From NCBI RefSeq assembly GCF_013365475.1, contig NZ_CP046579.1, positions 480,001 to 512,000 of the forward strand: DNA of 32,000 nucleotides, written 5' to 3'. The notes beneath the pieces are model-generated. The model was not told where the DNA came from, did no database searches, and was given only the letters and a program-made list of their open reading frames with translations. How positions within the stretch are numbered: the stretch's first letter is position 1; every line of letters begins with the position of its first letter. This DNA comes from Candidatus Saccharimonadota bacterium. GTDB taxonomy: Bacteria > Pseudomonadota > Alphaproteobacteria > Rickettsiales > Anaplasmataceae. Both the position numbers and the translations under genes were made by a program. This document shows positions 1-10,675 of this stretch, one piece after another.

Positions 1-973
1 TTTTGGCAATGCCGAGATCTTCAAGAGTTAGGTCTTCCATTTTAATTCCAAGCTCATCCTTTATAACATACCTTGCACCAGTTAAGGCTGCTATATCTTC
101 AAGCATTTCCTTTCTTCTGTCACCAAAACCAGGAGCTTTTACTGCAGCGACTTTTAATCCACCACGTAACTTATTGATAACTAAAGTACTTAATGCTTCG
201 CCTTCAATATCTTCTGCAATAATAAGCAAAGGCTTGCCAGACTTAACAACGGATTCAAGAATAGAAAGCAAAGGCTGAATAATATTAAGTTTCTTCTCTG
301 TAATCAGGAGATATGGGTCATCAAGCTCTACAATCATTTTTTCATTATTTGTAATAAAGTACGGAGAAAGATAACCACGATCGAATTGCATACCAGTAGT
401 AAGCTCAACTTCTAGTTCTTTTGAACCTTTGCTTTCTTCAACGGTAATTACACCTTCTTTTCCAACCCTTTTAACAGCATCAGCAATACTATTACCAATA
501 CTTCTATCACCATTTGCAGAAATTATGGCAACTTGTGCTACTTCATCTATCTTTTCTAAAGAAATTGTACGGGACATTGATGTTACTTCTTTTAAGACTA
601 CATCTTTTGCCTTTTGCATTCCATTTTTAATACTGACACGATCATTTCCAGCAGCAATCAACTTTGAAGCTTCCATTACCATGCCGCTGGTTAATATCGA
701 GCATGTTGTTGTACCGTCACCAACTTTGTCATTACACTGAGAACAACTTTGTGCAAATACACTTGTTATCGCAGCGTTTAACGGTTTTTCAGGCTTGATG
801 CCTTTCATTACCTTATAGCCATCTTTTGTAATTTCTGGCGCCCCATAAGGTTTATTAATACCTACTGTTTTTCCCCTAGGACCTGCAGTTATTGCTACTG
901 TTGAGTCTATTACTGCTGCAACTTCGCGAAAAGCCTGCTGCAACTGTTCACCTGATACTACTATATTAGTCAT
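1..973 (-). CDS. groEL: Chaperonin GroEL (Cpn60), N-terminal ~324 codons; C-terminus lies beyond the window start
   Basis: Minus-strand translation from ATG (971-973) reads [69 protein letters not shown]...[13 protein letters not shown] (GDGTTT ATP motif)...[16 protein letters not shown]...[19 protein letters not shown] lies upstream of the ATG. The gene sits 81 nt downstream of groES on the same strand. Plus-strand track ORFs 3-278 and 429-740 are antisense shadows. Confidence 0.97.
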   Translation of the reverse strand, partial: MTNIVVSGEQLQQAFREVAAVIDSTVAITAGPRGKTVGINKPYGAPEITKDGYKVMKGIKPEKPLNAAITSVFAQSCSQCNDKVGDGTTTCSILTSGMVMEASKLIAAGNDRVSIKNGMQKAKDVVLKEVTSMSRTISLEKIDEVAQVAIISANGDRSIGNSIADAVKRVGKEGVITVEESKGSKELEVELTTGMQFDRGYLSPYFITNNEKMIVELDDPYLLITEKKLNIIQPLLSILESVVKSGKPLLIIAEDIEGEALSTLVINKLRGGLKVAAVKAPGFGDRRKEMLEDIAALTGARYVIKDELGIKMEDLTLEDLGIAK

Positions 974-1054
974 CTTTATAACCTCATTATTAATAAAAAT
1001 TTAGAAAACTATAACAATATTATTGTATTTTACTTGAGTAAAATGAAAAAAATG

Positions 1055-1345
1055 CTACTTAACGATAGCAAGTATATCGGACTCTTTCATTACAATAAAC
1101 TTTTCATTATTGTGCTCTATCTCTGTACCAGCCCATTGACGATAAAATACCTTATCACCAATTTTTACAGTTAAGGGCATGCGCTCACCACCTGAGTTAC
1201 GTGAACCTTCACCAATTGCTATGACTTCACCTTTAGTAGGTTTTTTTTCAGCGCTTGAAGGAAGCACAATCCCACCTTGTTTTTCTTCGCTGATAGGTTT
1301 AATCAGAACACTATCATCCAATACATTTAAGTTTACGCTCGACAT
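1055..1345 (-). CDS. groES: Co-chaperonin GroES (Cpn10), 96 aa
   Basis: Track [52 protein letters not shown]... is a typical GroES mobile-loop and beta-barrel sequence. GAGGG lies 7 nt upstream of the ATG. It is directly followed by groEL. Confidence 0.97.
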   Translation of the reverse strand: MSSVNLNVLDDSVLIKPISEEKQGGIVLPSSAEKKPTKGEVIAIGEGSRNSGGERMPLTVKIGDKVFYRQWAGTEIEHNNEKFIVMKESDILAIVK

Positions 1346-1379
1346 TTATTTTCCCTCATCAACATTAACCTGTAAACCT

Positions 1380-1408
1380 ATATATGTACTAATAAGCTAG
1401 ATTTCAAG
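1380..1408 (-). promoter_or_regulatory. Candidate groESL promoter: CTTGAA(A)-N16-CATATAT (sigma32-like, also readable as sigma70 TTGAAA-N17-TATATA)
   Basis: The minus strand reads CCCTTGAAATCTAGCTTATTAGTACATATATAGG, ending 34 nt upstream of the groES ATG. The same CTTGAAAT-N-spacing architecture occurs upstream of dnaJ (29372-29400). Confidence 0.35.
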
Positions 1409-1486
1409 GGCTTAAGCATCTAAAATATTGAAGACAAGGAATATTCAGTATTGTATAATATAACTAGATTTATAGGTAAAAACTGT

Positions 1487-2287
1487 ATGAGTTATATACC
1501 ATTACAAAGCCGTGGCGTAGTAGCTCTATATGGACCAGATACAAGAGATTTTCTACAAGGTATTATAACAAACGATATTGATGATTTGAGCAGTAAAAAA
1601 GCTATTTATTCTCTACTGCTTAGTCCTCAAGGAAAGTATCTATATGATTTTTTTCTTATTGAGCATGGTGAGTATACATTTTTAGAATGTGAGAGCATAT
1701 ATCTACAACAAATAATTGAAAAACTAGATTTACTTAAAACTTACTTGAGAGTAAAGATTAGAGATGTCAGTGCATTATATAAGATAGGTGTTTTGTTCAA
1801 TACTAAATTAGCAAAACCAAGTAATGAATCACAGGTTATTTTTCATGATCCAAGGCATAAGTCTTTGGGGATGAGAATAATACATAAAAAAAATGAAATA
1901 AAGCAAGCAATAGGTGATTTTATTCAATATGAAAAAATCAGAATTCAAAACCTTATTCCAGATGGAGCAAAAGATATGGTGCAGAATTCATCGTTCCCTC
2001 TGCAATATTTAGTTGATAAGATAAATGGCATAAGCTTTAATAAAGGATGTTATATAGGACAGGAAGTTGTAAATCGGATGAGTAGGCAAAAAACATTAAG
2101 GAGGAAACTTTATTACGTGGAAGGGGATAATATATTGCCAAATATTGGTGCTAAAATAGTAAATGAAAATAATGAAAAGGTAGGTGAATTGCGCTCTAGT
2201 GTGGATAAGACTGGGCTTGCGTTGCTTAATACTGAGAGGAGTCATGCAAATTTGTGTGCCGATGGAATTAAAATAACTGTGTACTAA
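1487..2287 (+). CDS. ygfZ: YgfZ/GcvT-like folate-binding protein (Fe-S cluster repair / tRNA-modification associated), 266 aa
   Basis: Contains the family signature ...ISFNKGCYIGQEVVNRM..., and the N-terminus is MSYIPLQSRGVVALYGPDTRDFLQGIITNDI. I prefer the ATG at 1487 over the track TTG at 1451. Confidence 0.85.
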   Translation: MSYIPLQSRGVVALYGPDTRDFLQGIITNDIDDLSSKKAIYSLLLSPQGKYLYDFFLIEHGEYTFLECESIYLQQIIEKLDLLKTYLRVKIRDVSALYKIGVLFNTKLAKPSNESQVIFHDPRHKSLGMRIIHKKNEIKQAIGDFIQYEKIRIQNLIPDGAKDMVQNSSFPLQYLVDKINGISFNKGCYIGQEVVNRMSRQKTLRRKLYYVEGDNILPNIGAKIVNENNEKVGELRSSVDKTGLALLNTERSHANLCADGIKITVY

Positions 2288-3308
2288 TAGTATTGAGGTT
2301 ATGCCAAGGATTCAACTATAGCAGTTGCCATAAAATATAGAATTAAAATTTATTTTTGATCTGAATACTAAACTATAAAATTTAGTGAAAAACTAAAAAT
2401 GTTTTTTGTAGATCAAATAATACATAGTAAAATTACAGTAGCTGTATCTCTTTAATAAATTTTCTATACTCAATTCAATTGAATTGCCCTTTATTCTTAG
2501 GAAGAAATAGAATTAAAGTGCTATCTATTATAGACTTTTACATTACACTAATCTGATAAATTTAAGATGTTTTGTGATAGAGTGATCAATCAAAGAAATT
2601 GTCACTGCTAATATATAAATAATTAACTAAATCTTACAAGTGGACTTTGTTATCCAAATCACTTATGCTATAGCATAAGAATAAAGCTACTTTTTATGCC
2701 ATACATCTTCCATTAAAGTACAAAATAGCTGACGTATTAAATTTTATGTGTGGTAATCCTTTTAGGACTTAAATGTGTGAAAATTATAAAAAAGATTTTC
2801 AATCGTGCTCTTGATCTCGTTCGTAATAATTTACCAAATTGTTAAAAATTAAGTTGTAAAACTGCTTTAGTAATTGAGAAAATAATTTTTTTTGTTATGT
2901 AGTAACATAATACATGAGCAATTTGTTAGCCTAATTATTCTTTAGGCTTTATTATCAATTGACATGCTAGTTATAGAATTATTAGAAAATATTAAGCTGC
3001 TAGTTGATAACTCAAAAAATGTAATAGAAAGTAGTCACATAATTTTAGTTGGAAATAATCGAAGCTACAGGAAACGCAATCTATAGTGGTAATGAACAGA
3101 GAAATGAAAAGGTGTGAGCTTCTGGCAATATATATAATCAAAAATTGAGATAATACCTCCTAACTTTTCGAGTGTATTTGGAATTGTAAACCCTCGTCTA
3201 AGCTCATATAAGGGGTGATACGAAAGTTAAAAAATGCACTAACCAAATAGAGATATAATATACTGATCACGTGATTAACTTATCAACTTATAATAAAGCA
3301 CTTTTTAA
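2288..3308. other. 1,021-bp ORF-free spacer (probable eroded gene remnant)
   Basis: No ORF of 60 codons or more on either strand. The longest ATG frame I found is 41 codons (2964-3087, MLVIELLENIKLLVDNSKNVIESSHIILVGNNRSYRKRNL). Confidence 0.5.
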
Positions 3309-4721
3309 ATGTTTTTTATCCAAAAATTGTGTAGCATTATAAGTAAGGTCTTCTTGTGCTTGATGATTTCTGTTTACATATTTTTTGGATTAAACTTTTT
3401 CTTCTTATTAGTATTTTACCATATCAGCAATAAAAAGAACAAAGAATTAAGTGAAGAAAAGATAAATGTAGAAAATCTTAAAGGTAATTTATATAAGTTG
3501 GAGCTTGAACTTCAAGAGATAAAACAGACTTTACTGAGTAAAGATGAAGAAATAGTAAATTTAAAAGTTAGTAATATAGAACTCGTAGTAACCTTGCAAA
3601 AAGAACGTGAAGAGAAGAAAAGAGAAATAGAGCTATTAAAGAAAGCAGAGGAGAGGCTTACAAATACTTTTAAAGTGTTATCCATTGATGCTTTACAGGA
3701 GAATAGTAATAATTTTCTAAACCTAGCAAAGGAAGTAATTAATAGCAAGTTAAAGGAAACAGAAAATGATCTTGAAAAAAGGCAGAAAACAATTAATGAA
3801 GCTGTAGCTCCAATAAAAGAAAGATTGGAAAAGTTTGATAGCGAAATACGTGAGCTGGAGAAGGAAAGAATAGGAGCTTATAGAAGCTTAAAAGATCAAG
3901 TTGGAGTATTAATAAACCAAACTTATAGTCTTGCTAATGCTTTAGGCAAGCCTCACACTAAAGGGAAATGGGGTGAAATACAGTTAAAAAGAGTGGTAGA
4001 GATGGCTGGAATGGTTGAATACTGTGATTTTTTTACCCAGCCTTCAGTAGTTGATAAAAATGAAGTTAATTTATTGCGTCCTGATTTAATAGTCAAGATG
4101 CCATCTGGAAGACAAATAATAATAGATGCTAAAGTACCACTTGATTCTTACCTGGATGCTATCTCACAAAATGATTTGCAGGTACAAAAGGAGAAATTAA
4201 AAAATCATTCTTTAGCAGTAAAAAAACATATAAGTGATCTGAGTAAAAAAGAGTATTGGAATCAGTTTGAGAATACGCCAGAGCTTGTAATACTTTTCTT
4301 GACAGGTGAGGGGGTTTTTAGTGCAGCATTAGAATATGAACCTGCTTTAATAGAGATTGGAGTGGAAAAAAAAGTGATTATTGCAACACCAATTACTTTA
4401 ATTGCACTATTGAAAGCAATAGCTTACGGGTGGAAGCAAGAAATAATAGCTGAAAATTCAAAAAAAATCAGTGATCTTGGTCGTATTTTATATGAACGTA
4501 TCTCTACAATGGGTGAAAATTTTGATAATTTACGTAGAAGCCTAAAAAGTACTGTTGATTCTTATAATAGAACTATCGGTACGCTTGAAGCAAGAGTGCT
4601 TCCTATTGCTCGGAAATTTAACAAGCTTGGTATACATACAAAAAATAAAGAATTAAACCAAGCAAAGGAACTCGAGTTTTTACCACAAAACTTACATGCT
4701 GATGAACTGAAAGTAGATTAG
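3309..4721 (+). CDS. rmuC: DNA recombination protein RmuC, 470 aa (alternative start at 3363)
   Basis: N-terminal hydrophobic helix, a long K/E-rich coiled coil, then the RmuC nuclease-like core (...[27 protein letters not shown]...[22 protein letters not shown]...). Confidence 0.9.
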   Translation: MFFIQKLCSIISKVFLCLMISVYIFFGLNFFFLLVFYHISNKKNKELSEEKINVENLKGNLYKLELELQEIKQTLLSKDEEIVNLKVSNIELVVTLQKEREEKKREIELLKKAEERLTNTFKVLSIDALQENSNNFLNLAKEVINSKLKETENDLEKRQKTINEAVAPIKERLEKFDSEIRELEKERIGAYRSLKDQVGVLINQTYSLANALGKPHTKGKWGEIQLKRVVEMAGMVEYCDFFTQPSVVDKNEVNLLRPDLIVKMPSGRQIIIDAKVPLDSYLDAISQNDLQVQKEKLKNHSLAVKKHISDLSKKEYWNQFENTPELVILFLTGEGVFSAALEYEPALIEIGVEKKVIIATPITLIALLKAIAYGWKQEIIAENSKKISDLGRILYERISTMGENFDNLRRSLKSTVDSYNRTIGTLEARVLPIARKFNKLGIHTKNKELNQAKELEFLPQNLHADELKVD

Positions 4722-5990
4722 GTTTTTATATTTGCTTCCATAATCTAAAATCTAAGTATCATCTGTTATATGCTGGTATTTCCTTTAGTCCTTTAATTCA
4801 CTAACTGATAGATTGTAAATCTAATATAGAGTATAGTGTTTTAATACTATTAGCCAATATCACCTGATACTTCAATTTTTGTCTCATATGACCTAACTTT
4901 ACTTTTTATTCCTAGGTAATGAATTCTTTTCCTAACCAATCTAATCTATTTAACTTTTGTATGCTATCTTGATCATTATATCTTTCTGATATTACGTTTT
5001 CTAGTGTCTTTTCACTGATTTCATCTTATCCTTTAAGGATGTTTCAGTTATGTTTGGAAGCTAATCTCTTTTATTTTTATTAGCTTTAATAATTTAATAA
5101 GTGATAAAGTAAAAACTTTTTTCACTAGTACTGTTATTCTTATAATGTGATCAATTTGCGCAGGTTTATCCAGAGATTATTATAGCTCTACCTGATTCTG
5201 TATTTTAACATTGTAAGCTTGTTCTGGATGTTCAAATTATACAACATTAAATAGGTACCTGAAGTACACTAGCTTTAGGAGTAAAACACGGAGATTCCTA
5301 CGCTAGCTTCAATTTCTTTTTTAGACTTTCTTTATCTTGAACTAATTTGCTTATAATGTCCCTAAAAAATAGCACTCTTATTGGTAGTATCAACTTACAA
5401 CAGAACTTTCTTAATTCCTTAAGAACTCTAAAAATTCTTTATCGAGTCTCTCTTAAGAATCTAGAATCTTTTTCATATAGGTTTGCTGATGCTAATTCGT
5501 TTTAGCAGAGAATGTTTCATATCCACTTTGTTTTAATGGATTTATTTCTTGTAATTTTGTATTGGCTTCATTAGCTTCATAATTAAATTCCTAGTGTGTT
5601 CTTTAAAGCTTTAGTCTGTTTTAATTACATGAGTAGTTATCATAGCAGAGCCTATGCTGGTGAATACTGTATGTATGTTATATACCATATGTGATATGTA
5701 AAATCCACTATTGCCATGTAGCTCCAAGGCAGCATTGCTATTTGAATTTTTATCTATTTAGAGTTGCTCACTTGAACTAAGTTATTCATTTAACTTCTCC
5801 TACAGTACAGGACTGGATGCAGTAAGGGCACTTTTTTATTTTACATTCATAACTTCTGCATTTTAAAATGTTTTAGCTAGTTTTATGCGTTAGTGCTAGC
5901 AAGTTACATTTTATGTGTGGAAGTTTTATCTTAATTTCATTGTAATGTCTCTTCATAATTATACTCTTAAGTATACTTAAAGCTTAAATT
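4722..5990. other. 1,269-bp ORF-free spacer, T-rich on the plus strand (probable eroded minus-strand gene)
   Basis: No ORF of 60 codons or more. In sampled 60-nt lines T exceeds A (28:17, 31:17, 25:15), whereas a sampled coding-strand line in valS has A exceeding T (27:14). Confidence 0.45.
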
Positions 5991-7103
5991 ATGGATATGC
6001 TAAGTAAATTGGTAATCTTACTACTGGTTTTTTCGTTCCCTTTTTTTTCATATTCATATCAATTTAGAACTAAAGCAAAGCAAGCTGTTATTCTAGATTT
6101 ATCTTCGAATTCATTCATTTTTGAGCATAACTCTGATGAAAAGATGGCACCGTCTTCAATGAGCAAATTAATGACTTTATATATAGCTTTTGACTGTTTA
6201 AAGGCTGGAATAATAAACATGGAAGACAAATTTCGAGTAAGCAAAAAAGCATGGTCAAGAAAAGGCTCTTCCATGTTTTTAAGAGAAGGTCAGTTTGTCA
6301 CAGTAAGAAAACTCCTCGAAGGAATTATAGTAGTTTCAGGCAATGATGCTTGTATAACATTAGCAGAAGGCATTTCTGGATCAGAGGAGAATTTTGTGAT
6401 TGAAATGAATGAAATAGCGCAAAAACTTGCTCTAAATAATAGTCATTTTGTTAATTCAAGTGGCTGGCCAGACGAAGATCACTTTATGAGTGCAAAAGAC
6501 TTGGTAGTACTGGCGAAAAGGATCCTCACTGATTTTCCTGAGTATTATGATTTATTTTCTGAGCAATATCTGACATACAACAATATTTCACAAAGAAATG
6601 AAAATCTTCTACTTTTTCATGGTATTGGGGTTGACGGATTAAAAACAGGTTACACGAGTGCTGGTGCATATGGAATTGTAGCATCTGCAAAACGAAATGG
6701 TAGGAGAGTTTTTGTTGTCGTAAACGGTCTAAGTACTGGAGAAGAGAGAATAGAGGAAGCAAAAAGGCTGATCCGATACTCTTTAGATCATTTTTATACT
6801 AAAAAAATATTCACTAAAGATGATGTAGTTGAGGAAGTAAATGTTCTATATGGGAAAAGCAAAAGAGTACCAGTCACAGTTGCAAACGATGTTGTTATAA
6901 CATATAATCATAATTTATATGATCAAATTAAAGTTCACATTGAGTATAGAGATATGGTACTTGCACCGATCAAAAAAGGACAAGAGATGGGTAAGATTTT
7001 TATACAAATACCAGGTATCAAGCAACGGACCGTGCCACTTTATGCAGTAAATGATGTACAGGAATTAAATTATATAGAAAAGTTCTTTAGAATATTATTT
7101 TAA
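5991..7103 (+). CDS. Serine-type D-Ala-D-Ala carboxypeptidase (PBP5/6, DacA family), 370 aa with signal peptide
   Basis: All three penicillin-binding motifs are present: SxxK (SMSKLMT), SxN (VSGNDAC) and KTG (LKTGYT). The N-terminus MDMLSKLVILLLVFSFPFFSYS is signal-like. Confidence 0.9.
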   Translation: MDMLSKLVILLLVFSFPFFSYSYQFRTKAKQAVILDLSSNSFIFEHNSDEKMAPSSMSKLMTLYIAFDCLKAGIINMEDKFRVSKKAWSRKGSSMFLREGQFVTVRKLLEGIIVVSGNDACITLAEGISGSEENFVIEMNEIAQKLALNNSHFVNSSGWPDEDHFMSAKDLVVLAKRILTDFPEYYDLFSEQYLTYNNISQRNENLLLFHGIGVDGLKTGYTSAGAYGIVASAKRNGRRVFVVVNGLSTGEERIEEAKRLIRYSLDHFYTKKIFTKDDVVEEVNVLYGKSKRVPVTVANDVVITYNHNLYDQIKVHIEYRDMVLAPIKKGQEMGKIFIQIPGIKQRTVPLYAVNDVQELNYIEKFFRILF

Positions 7104-7315
7104 AATTTAAATAAAAAAGCTTGTTTTAAGTATCATTGAAAATATCATTTATTTCACTTCTCTTGATTAATTTCCTTCATTGAAGAATTTAGAAAGATAT
7201 GTCTTATTGAATATCTAATCCTAGATTAGGAAAAGAATCAAGAATTACAGATTTTAAAATCCTATATTTTATATTACAATAACTTTTTTTATTCCTTTTT
7301 ATTTAGTTTAAATCA

Positions 7316-9634
7316 ATGAGATTTACTTTATCTTGGCTGCTAGAACATTTAGAAACCAGTGCTAGTTTAGAAGAAATTATTGATAAACTAACTTATATAG
7401 GACTAGAGGTAGAAGATGTTATTGATAACCATAAGTTGGCTGAATTTGCTATTAAGAAGTCACTAGAAAACTGGCCTTATCTAAATACTGATAAATTAAA
7501 ATCATATAAAGTGGATGATGGCAGCAAAGTTCTTGAAGTAGCTTGCGAAGCGAAAAATGTTGGAGGAGATATAGGAACTATACTTGTATCTTTTGGTAGT
7601 TTGCAAGAAAGTGATTTTATAACCAAACCTGTAAAAGTACAGGATATGTCAATAATCAAGCTTTCTGATGGTTCTAAAGTAAGAGATAAATTTTCCAATT
7701 ACAGTCCTGTGATTAATATAAGTGTTACTCCAAATCGTGGAGATTGCCTAAGCGTTTATGGAATAGCACGTGATTTGGCAGCAACTGGAATTGGAACATT
7801 AAAGACCTTTGCTAACTTTGACATTACTACAACAAACAGCATTAAAATTCAAAATAAATCTCATTTTCTGACTTCTTTAAGAAAGATGGATTCTTCTATA
7901 CATGTCAAAGTTACTGATGGGGAGAGTTTCATTAGTGGAGTATATATTGCAAACGTAAAAAATAAAGAAAGTCCAAAATGGCTAAAAGATAGGCTACAAT
8001 CGATAGGGATACCTTCTATTTCTACAATAGTTGATATTACTAACTATGTTATGATATCTTTTGGCTGTCCAGTAAATGTGTATGATGCAGAAAAAATAGA
8101 AGGAGAGCTTATAGTACGCAAGGCAAACAGTGAAGAAAAATTTACTGATTTAAACGGTAAGGAATATTTATTAAATAAAGATATAAGTGTTGTTGCTGAT
8201 AACAAAAATACTCATGCAATTGCTGGGGTTATATGTGGTGAGTATAGTAAATGTACTCTTAAGACCACCGATATCTTCTTAGAGTCTTCTTGGTTTGAGC
8301 CTATTTCTATCATTAAATCTTCAAGGCAACTGGGTATCTCTACGTACTCAAGTTACAGATTTGCGCGCTTAGTTGACCGTAAATTTGATGGATTAAGCCT
8401 TGTAACTAAGATGATTTTAGATTTGTGTGGTGGAGAGGTGTTAAGTATAGTGTCTGCTGGAAGTTTAAGCAAAGTTGATGCTAAAGTAGACTTTAATTAT
8501 CATGATGTGAACAAACTTGGAGGTGTATCTGCGTCACATGATGAGATATTTGATATCTTAACAAGACTAGGTTTCAGTATTGATAAAAGAAGTGAGAATA
8601 GTTGGGATGTACAAGTACCAAGCTGGAGATCAGATATTGCTATGTCTGCTGATTTAGTTGAAGAAGTAGTGAGAATATATGGCTATGATAAGATAAAAGA
8701 GGAGCCACTAATAGGTAATGGTACAGTAGAAACAAATATACAAGATGGTTTGCGTAGTCTAATGACAAGTAGAGGATCCTACGAAGTTCTTACTTGGTCA
8801 TTTATGAGTAAATCAATAGCTGAAAGATTTGGTTACTTAGATAAGTTGTTTTATATCAACAACCCATTTAACAGCAACTTTAATATAATGAGGCCAAGTA
8901 TCATACCAAATTTGTTACAAGTTGCTGCAGATAATATTGCTTATGGTGTGTCTGATCTTGCAATTTTTGAAATTGGACCTATTTATGATAGTCTAAACCA
9001 AACTAAGCATGTTTTAAGTGAAATCAAGCTAGGAAATGACTTACCGCGAAACCATTATAGTTCTAACAGAAAGGTGGATATTTTTGATGTAAAAGCTGAC
9101 CTCGTGAGGGCTTTAGAGTTTTTCAACGTTAACTGTGATAGCTTAACTATAGAAAAAGCAGGGAAGGAGTACTATCACCCAGGAAAGTCAGGTACTTTTT
9201 CCTTCAAAGGTAAAATAGTAGGTCATTTTGGAGAGTTACATCCTAATGTATTAGATTTTTTTGGTATTAAGCAGAAAGTTGTCGGTTTTGAAGTGATGCT
9301 AGAAGATATCAGTAATTTACCTACAAGTAGTAAAAAGTTTATCGATTATAAGTATCAGGGTGTGAAACGAGATTTTGCATTTATTGTAAATAAAGATATA
9401 GCAACAGGTAATATAATAAACATAGTAAAAAAAAGCTCAGAGATGATTACAGATATTTCTATATTTGATATATATCATGGAAATGATATGGATCCGAATA
9501 AGCTATCTATAGCATTATCAGTTACCTTTTGCTCTCCAACTCACACTTTAACTGAAGAAGAAATCCAAAAAGAATCAGCTGCTATAGTTAATCTAGTGTG
9601 TAAAAATACTGGAGGGGTTTTAAGGTATAGCTAA
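7316..9634 (+). CDS. pheT: Phenylalanine--tRNA ligase beta subunit, 772 aa
   Basis: The N-terminus is [12 protein letters not shown]...; it also has ...[23 protein letters not shown]..., a B3/4 region and a C-terminal FDX-ACB-like domain (...RDFAFIV...SIFDIYHG...LSIALSVTF...). Confidence 0.95.
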   Translation: MRFTLSWLLEHLETSASLEEIIDKLTYIGLEVEDVIDNHKLAEFAIKKSLENWPYLNTDKLKSYKVDDGSKVLEVACEAKNVGGDIGTILVSFGSLQESDFITKPVKVQDMSIIKLSDGSKVRDKFSNYSPVINISVTPNRGDCLSVYGIARDLAATGIGTLKTFANFDITTTNSIKIQNKSHFLTSLRKMDSSIHVKVTDGESFISGVYIANVKNKESPKWLKDRLQSIGIPSISTIVDITNYVMISFGCPVNVYDAEKIEGELIVRKANSEEKFTDLNGKEYLLNKDISVVADNKNTHAIAGVICGEYSKCTLKTTDIFLESSWFEPISIIKSSRQLGISTYSSYRFARLVDRKFDGLSLVTKMILDLCGGEVLSIVSAGSLSKVDAKVDFNYHDVNKLGGVSASHDEIFDILTRLGFSIDKRSENSWDVQVPSWRSDIAMSADLVEEVVRIYGYDKIKEEPLIGNGTVETNIQDGLRSLMTSRGSYEVLTWSFMSKSIAERFGYLDKLFYINNPFNSNFNIMRPSIIPNLLQVAADNIAYGVSDLAIFEIGPIYDSLNQTKHVLSEIKLGNDLPRNHYSSNRKVDIFDVKADLVRALEFFNVNCDSLTIEKAGKEYYHPGKSGTFSFKGKIVGHFGELHPNVLDFFGIKQKVVGFEVMLEDISNLPTSSKKFIDYKYQGVKRDFAFIVNKDIATGNIINIVKKSSEMITDISIFDIYHGNDMDPNKLSIALSVTFCSPTHTLTEEEIQKESAAIVNLVCKNTGGVLRYS

Positions 9635-9815
9635 AGTCTGTTTGATAATAGTTGTAGAGCATATTTCAAAGTGCTCTACCTGGTTAAGTTAATAAAGGTA
9701 CTATCTAGTTGACCGAATTATTCTTGATGAATCTTTACGATATAACCTGAAAGAATCTTTGTAGAATAACAACAGCAGAGTAAAGAAGAACCGCTCCACT
9801 GACTCTTATAGTAAT

Positions 9816-10373
9816 TCACTTTATCAGTGGTAAAGTAATACCGCACTGCTTCATATATTTCCCTTTCATATCATCATATGATTTTTCACACTCACTTTTG
9901 CTATGTAAAAATACAAATTGGCATGCACCTTCATTAGCATAAATCTTTGCAGGAAGCGGAGTGGTATTTGAAAACTCCAACGTGACGTGACCTTCCCATC
10001 CAGGTTCTAAGGGAGTAACATTTACTATAATTCCACACCTTGCATAAGTTGATTTACCAACACAAATAACCAGTACATTTCTTGGTATACGAAAATATTC
10101 AACTGTACTTGCAAGTACAAAACCATTTGGTGGAATTATGCATACATCTGTTTCCTTATCTATAAAGCTATTTTCAGAAAAGTTCTTAGGGTCCACAATA
10201 GCTGAATTGACATTAGTAAAGATCTTGAATTTATTATCTATCCTTGCATCGTATCCATAAGATGACAGTCCAAAAGATATGATGCCTTTACTGCTTTTGT
10301 AACTCACAAAAGGTTTTATCATCCCAAAGTTTTTAGCTTTTTCTTTTATCCATTTATCTGGCATGACTGTCAT
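9816..10373 (-). CDS. dcd: dCTP deaminase, 185 aa
   Basis: [13 protein letters not shown]...SSYGYDARI...[67 protein letters not shown] is a canonical Dcd sequence. Confidence 0.93.
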   Translation of the reverse strand: MTVMPDKWIKEKAKNFGMIKPFVSYKSSKGIISFGLSSYGYDARIDNKFKIFTNVNSAIVDPKNFSENSFIDKETDVCIIPPNGFVLASTVEYFRIPRNVLVICVGKSTYARCGIIVNVTPLEPGWEGHVTLEFSNTTPLPAKIYANEGACQFVFLHSKSECEKSYDDMKGKYMKQCGITLPLIK

Positions 10374-10675
10374 GGTTATCCTTAAAGTTATATAATACTT
10401 ACAATAATATAAAATAAAATTTAAATGTAAACTATAGCAGGCAGCTTCTGTATTTCATTGCTAGCTGTGTTAGTAATCACATGAAACTGATTAAAGACGT
10501 GAACCTTTGCCAGGGTATCTCCCTTACTTACCGCTTCTGCGCTTAATACTAAAATTAGTATGGAAAATTAAATAAAGTATATACAATTGAACTACTGGAT
10601 AGTAATTCCTAAATATGGTATGCTTTAAATACCTTCATAATCACCTTTTGCTATACCGAATGGATACAAAAGCCA

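Noticed and set aside
3-740. Plus-strand track ORFs 3-278 (91 aa) and 429-740 (103 aa)
   Set aside because: They lie fully inside, and antisense to, a clearly recognisable groEL reading frame. Their S/P/I-rich sequence is typical of shadow ORFs.
1179-1400. Plus-strand 73-aa ORF overlapping groES
   Set aside because: It is an antisense shadow of groES and has no independent support.
2200-2208. Perfect DnaA box TGTGGATAA (TTATCCACA on the minus strand)
   Set aside because: It is a single copy inside the ygfZ coding sequence with no cluster and no adjacent AT-rich unwinding element. About 0.4 occurrences are expected by chance. There is no evidence of an origin in this window.
3266-3275. 10-bp perfect palindrome ATCACGTGAT just downstream of a TATAAT (3254-3259) in front of rmuC, considered as a possible operator
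   Set aside because: Tens of 10-bp palindromes are expected by chance in 32 kb of this composition, and TATAAT is frequent in AT-rich DNA. No convincing -35 hexamer sits at 16-18 nt.
9654-9679. 8-bp hairpin GTAGAGCA-tatttcaaag-TGCTCTAC 20 nt after the pheT stop, considered as a possible terminator
   Set aside because: There is no trailing T-run. Stems of this length are expected about 10 times by chance in 32 kb at this composition, so position alone is not enough.
10431-10560. SRP (4.5S) RNA or two-piece tmRNA in the RDD-dcd spacer
   Set aside because: AGAAGCTGCC and AGAAGCGG loosely resemble the GGAAGCAGCC helix-8 motif. However, I could find no complementary strand, GNRA tetraloop or long hairpin, and no tRNA-like acceptor/T-arm for tmRNA. 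It is kept only as an unexplained GC island in the findings.
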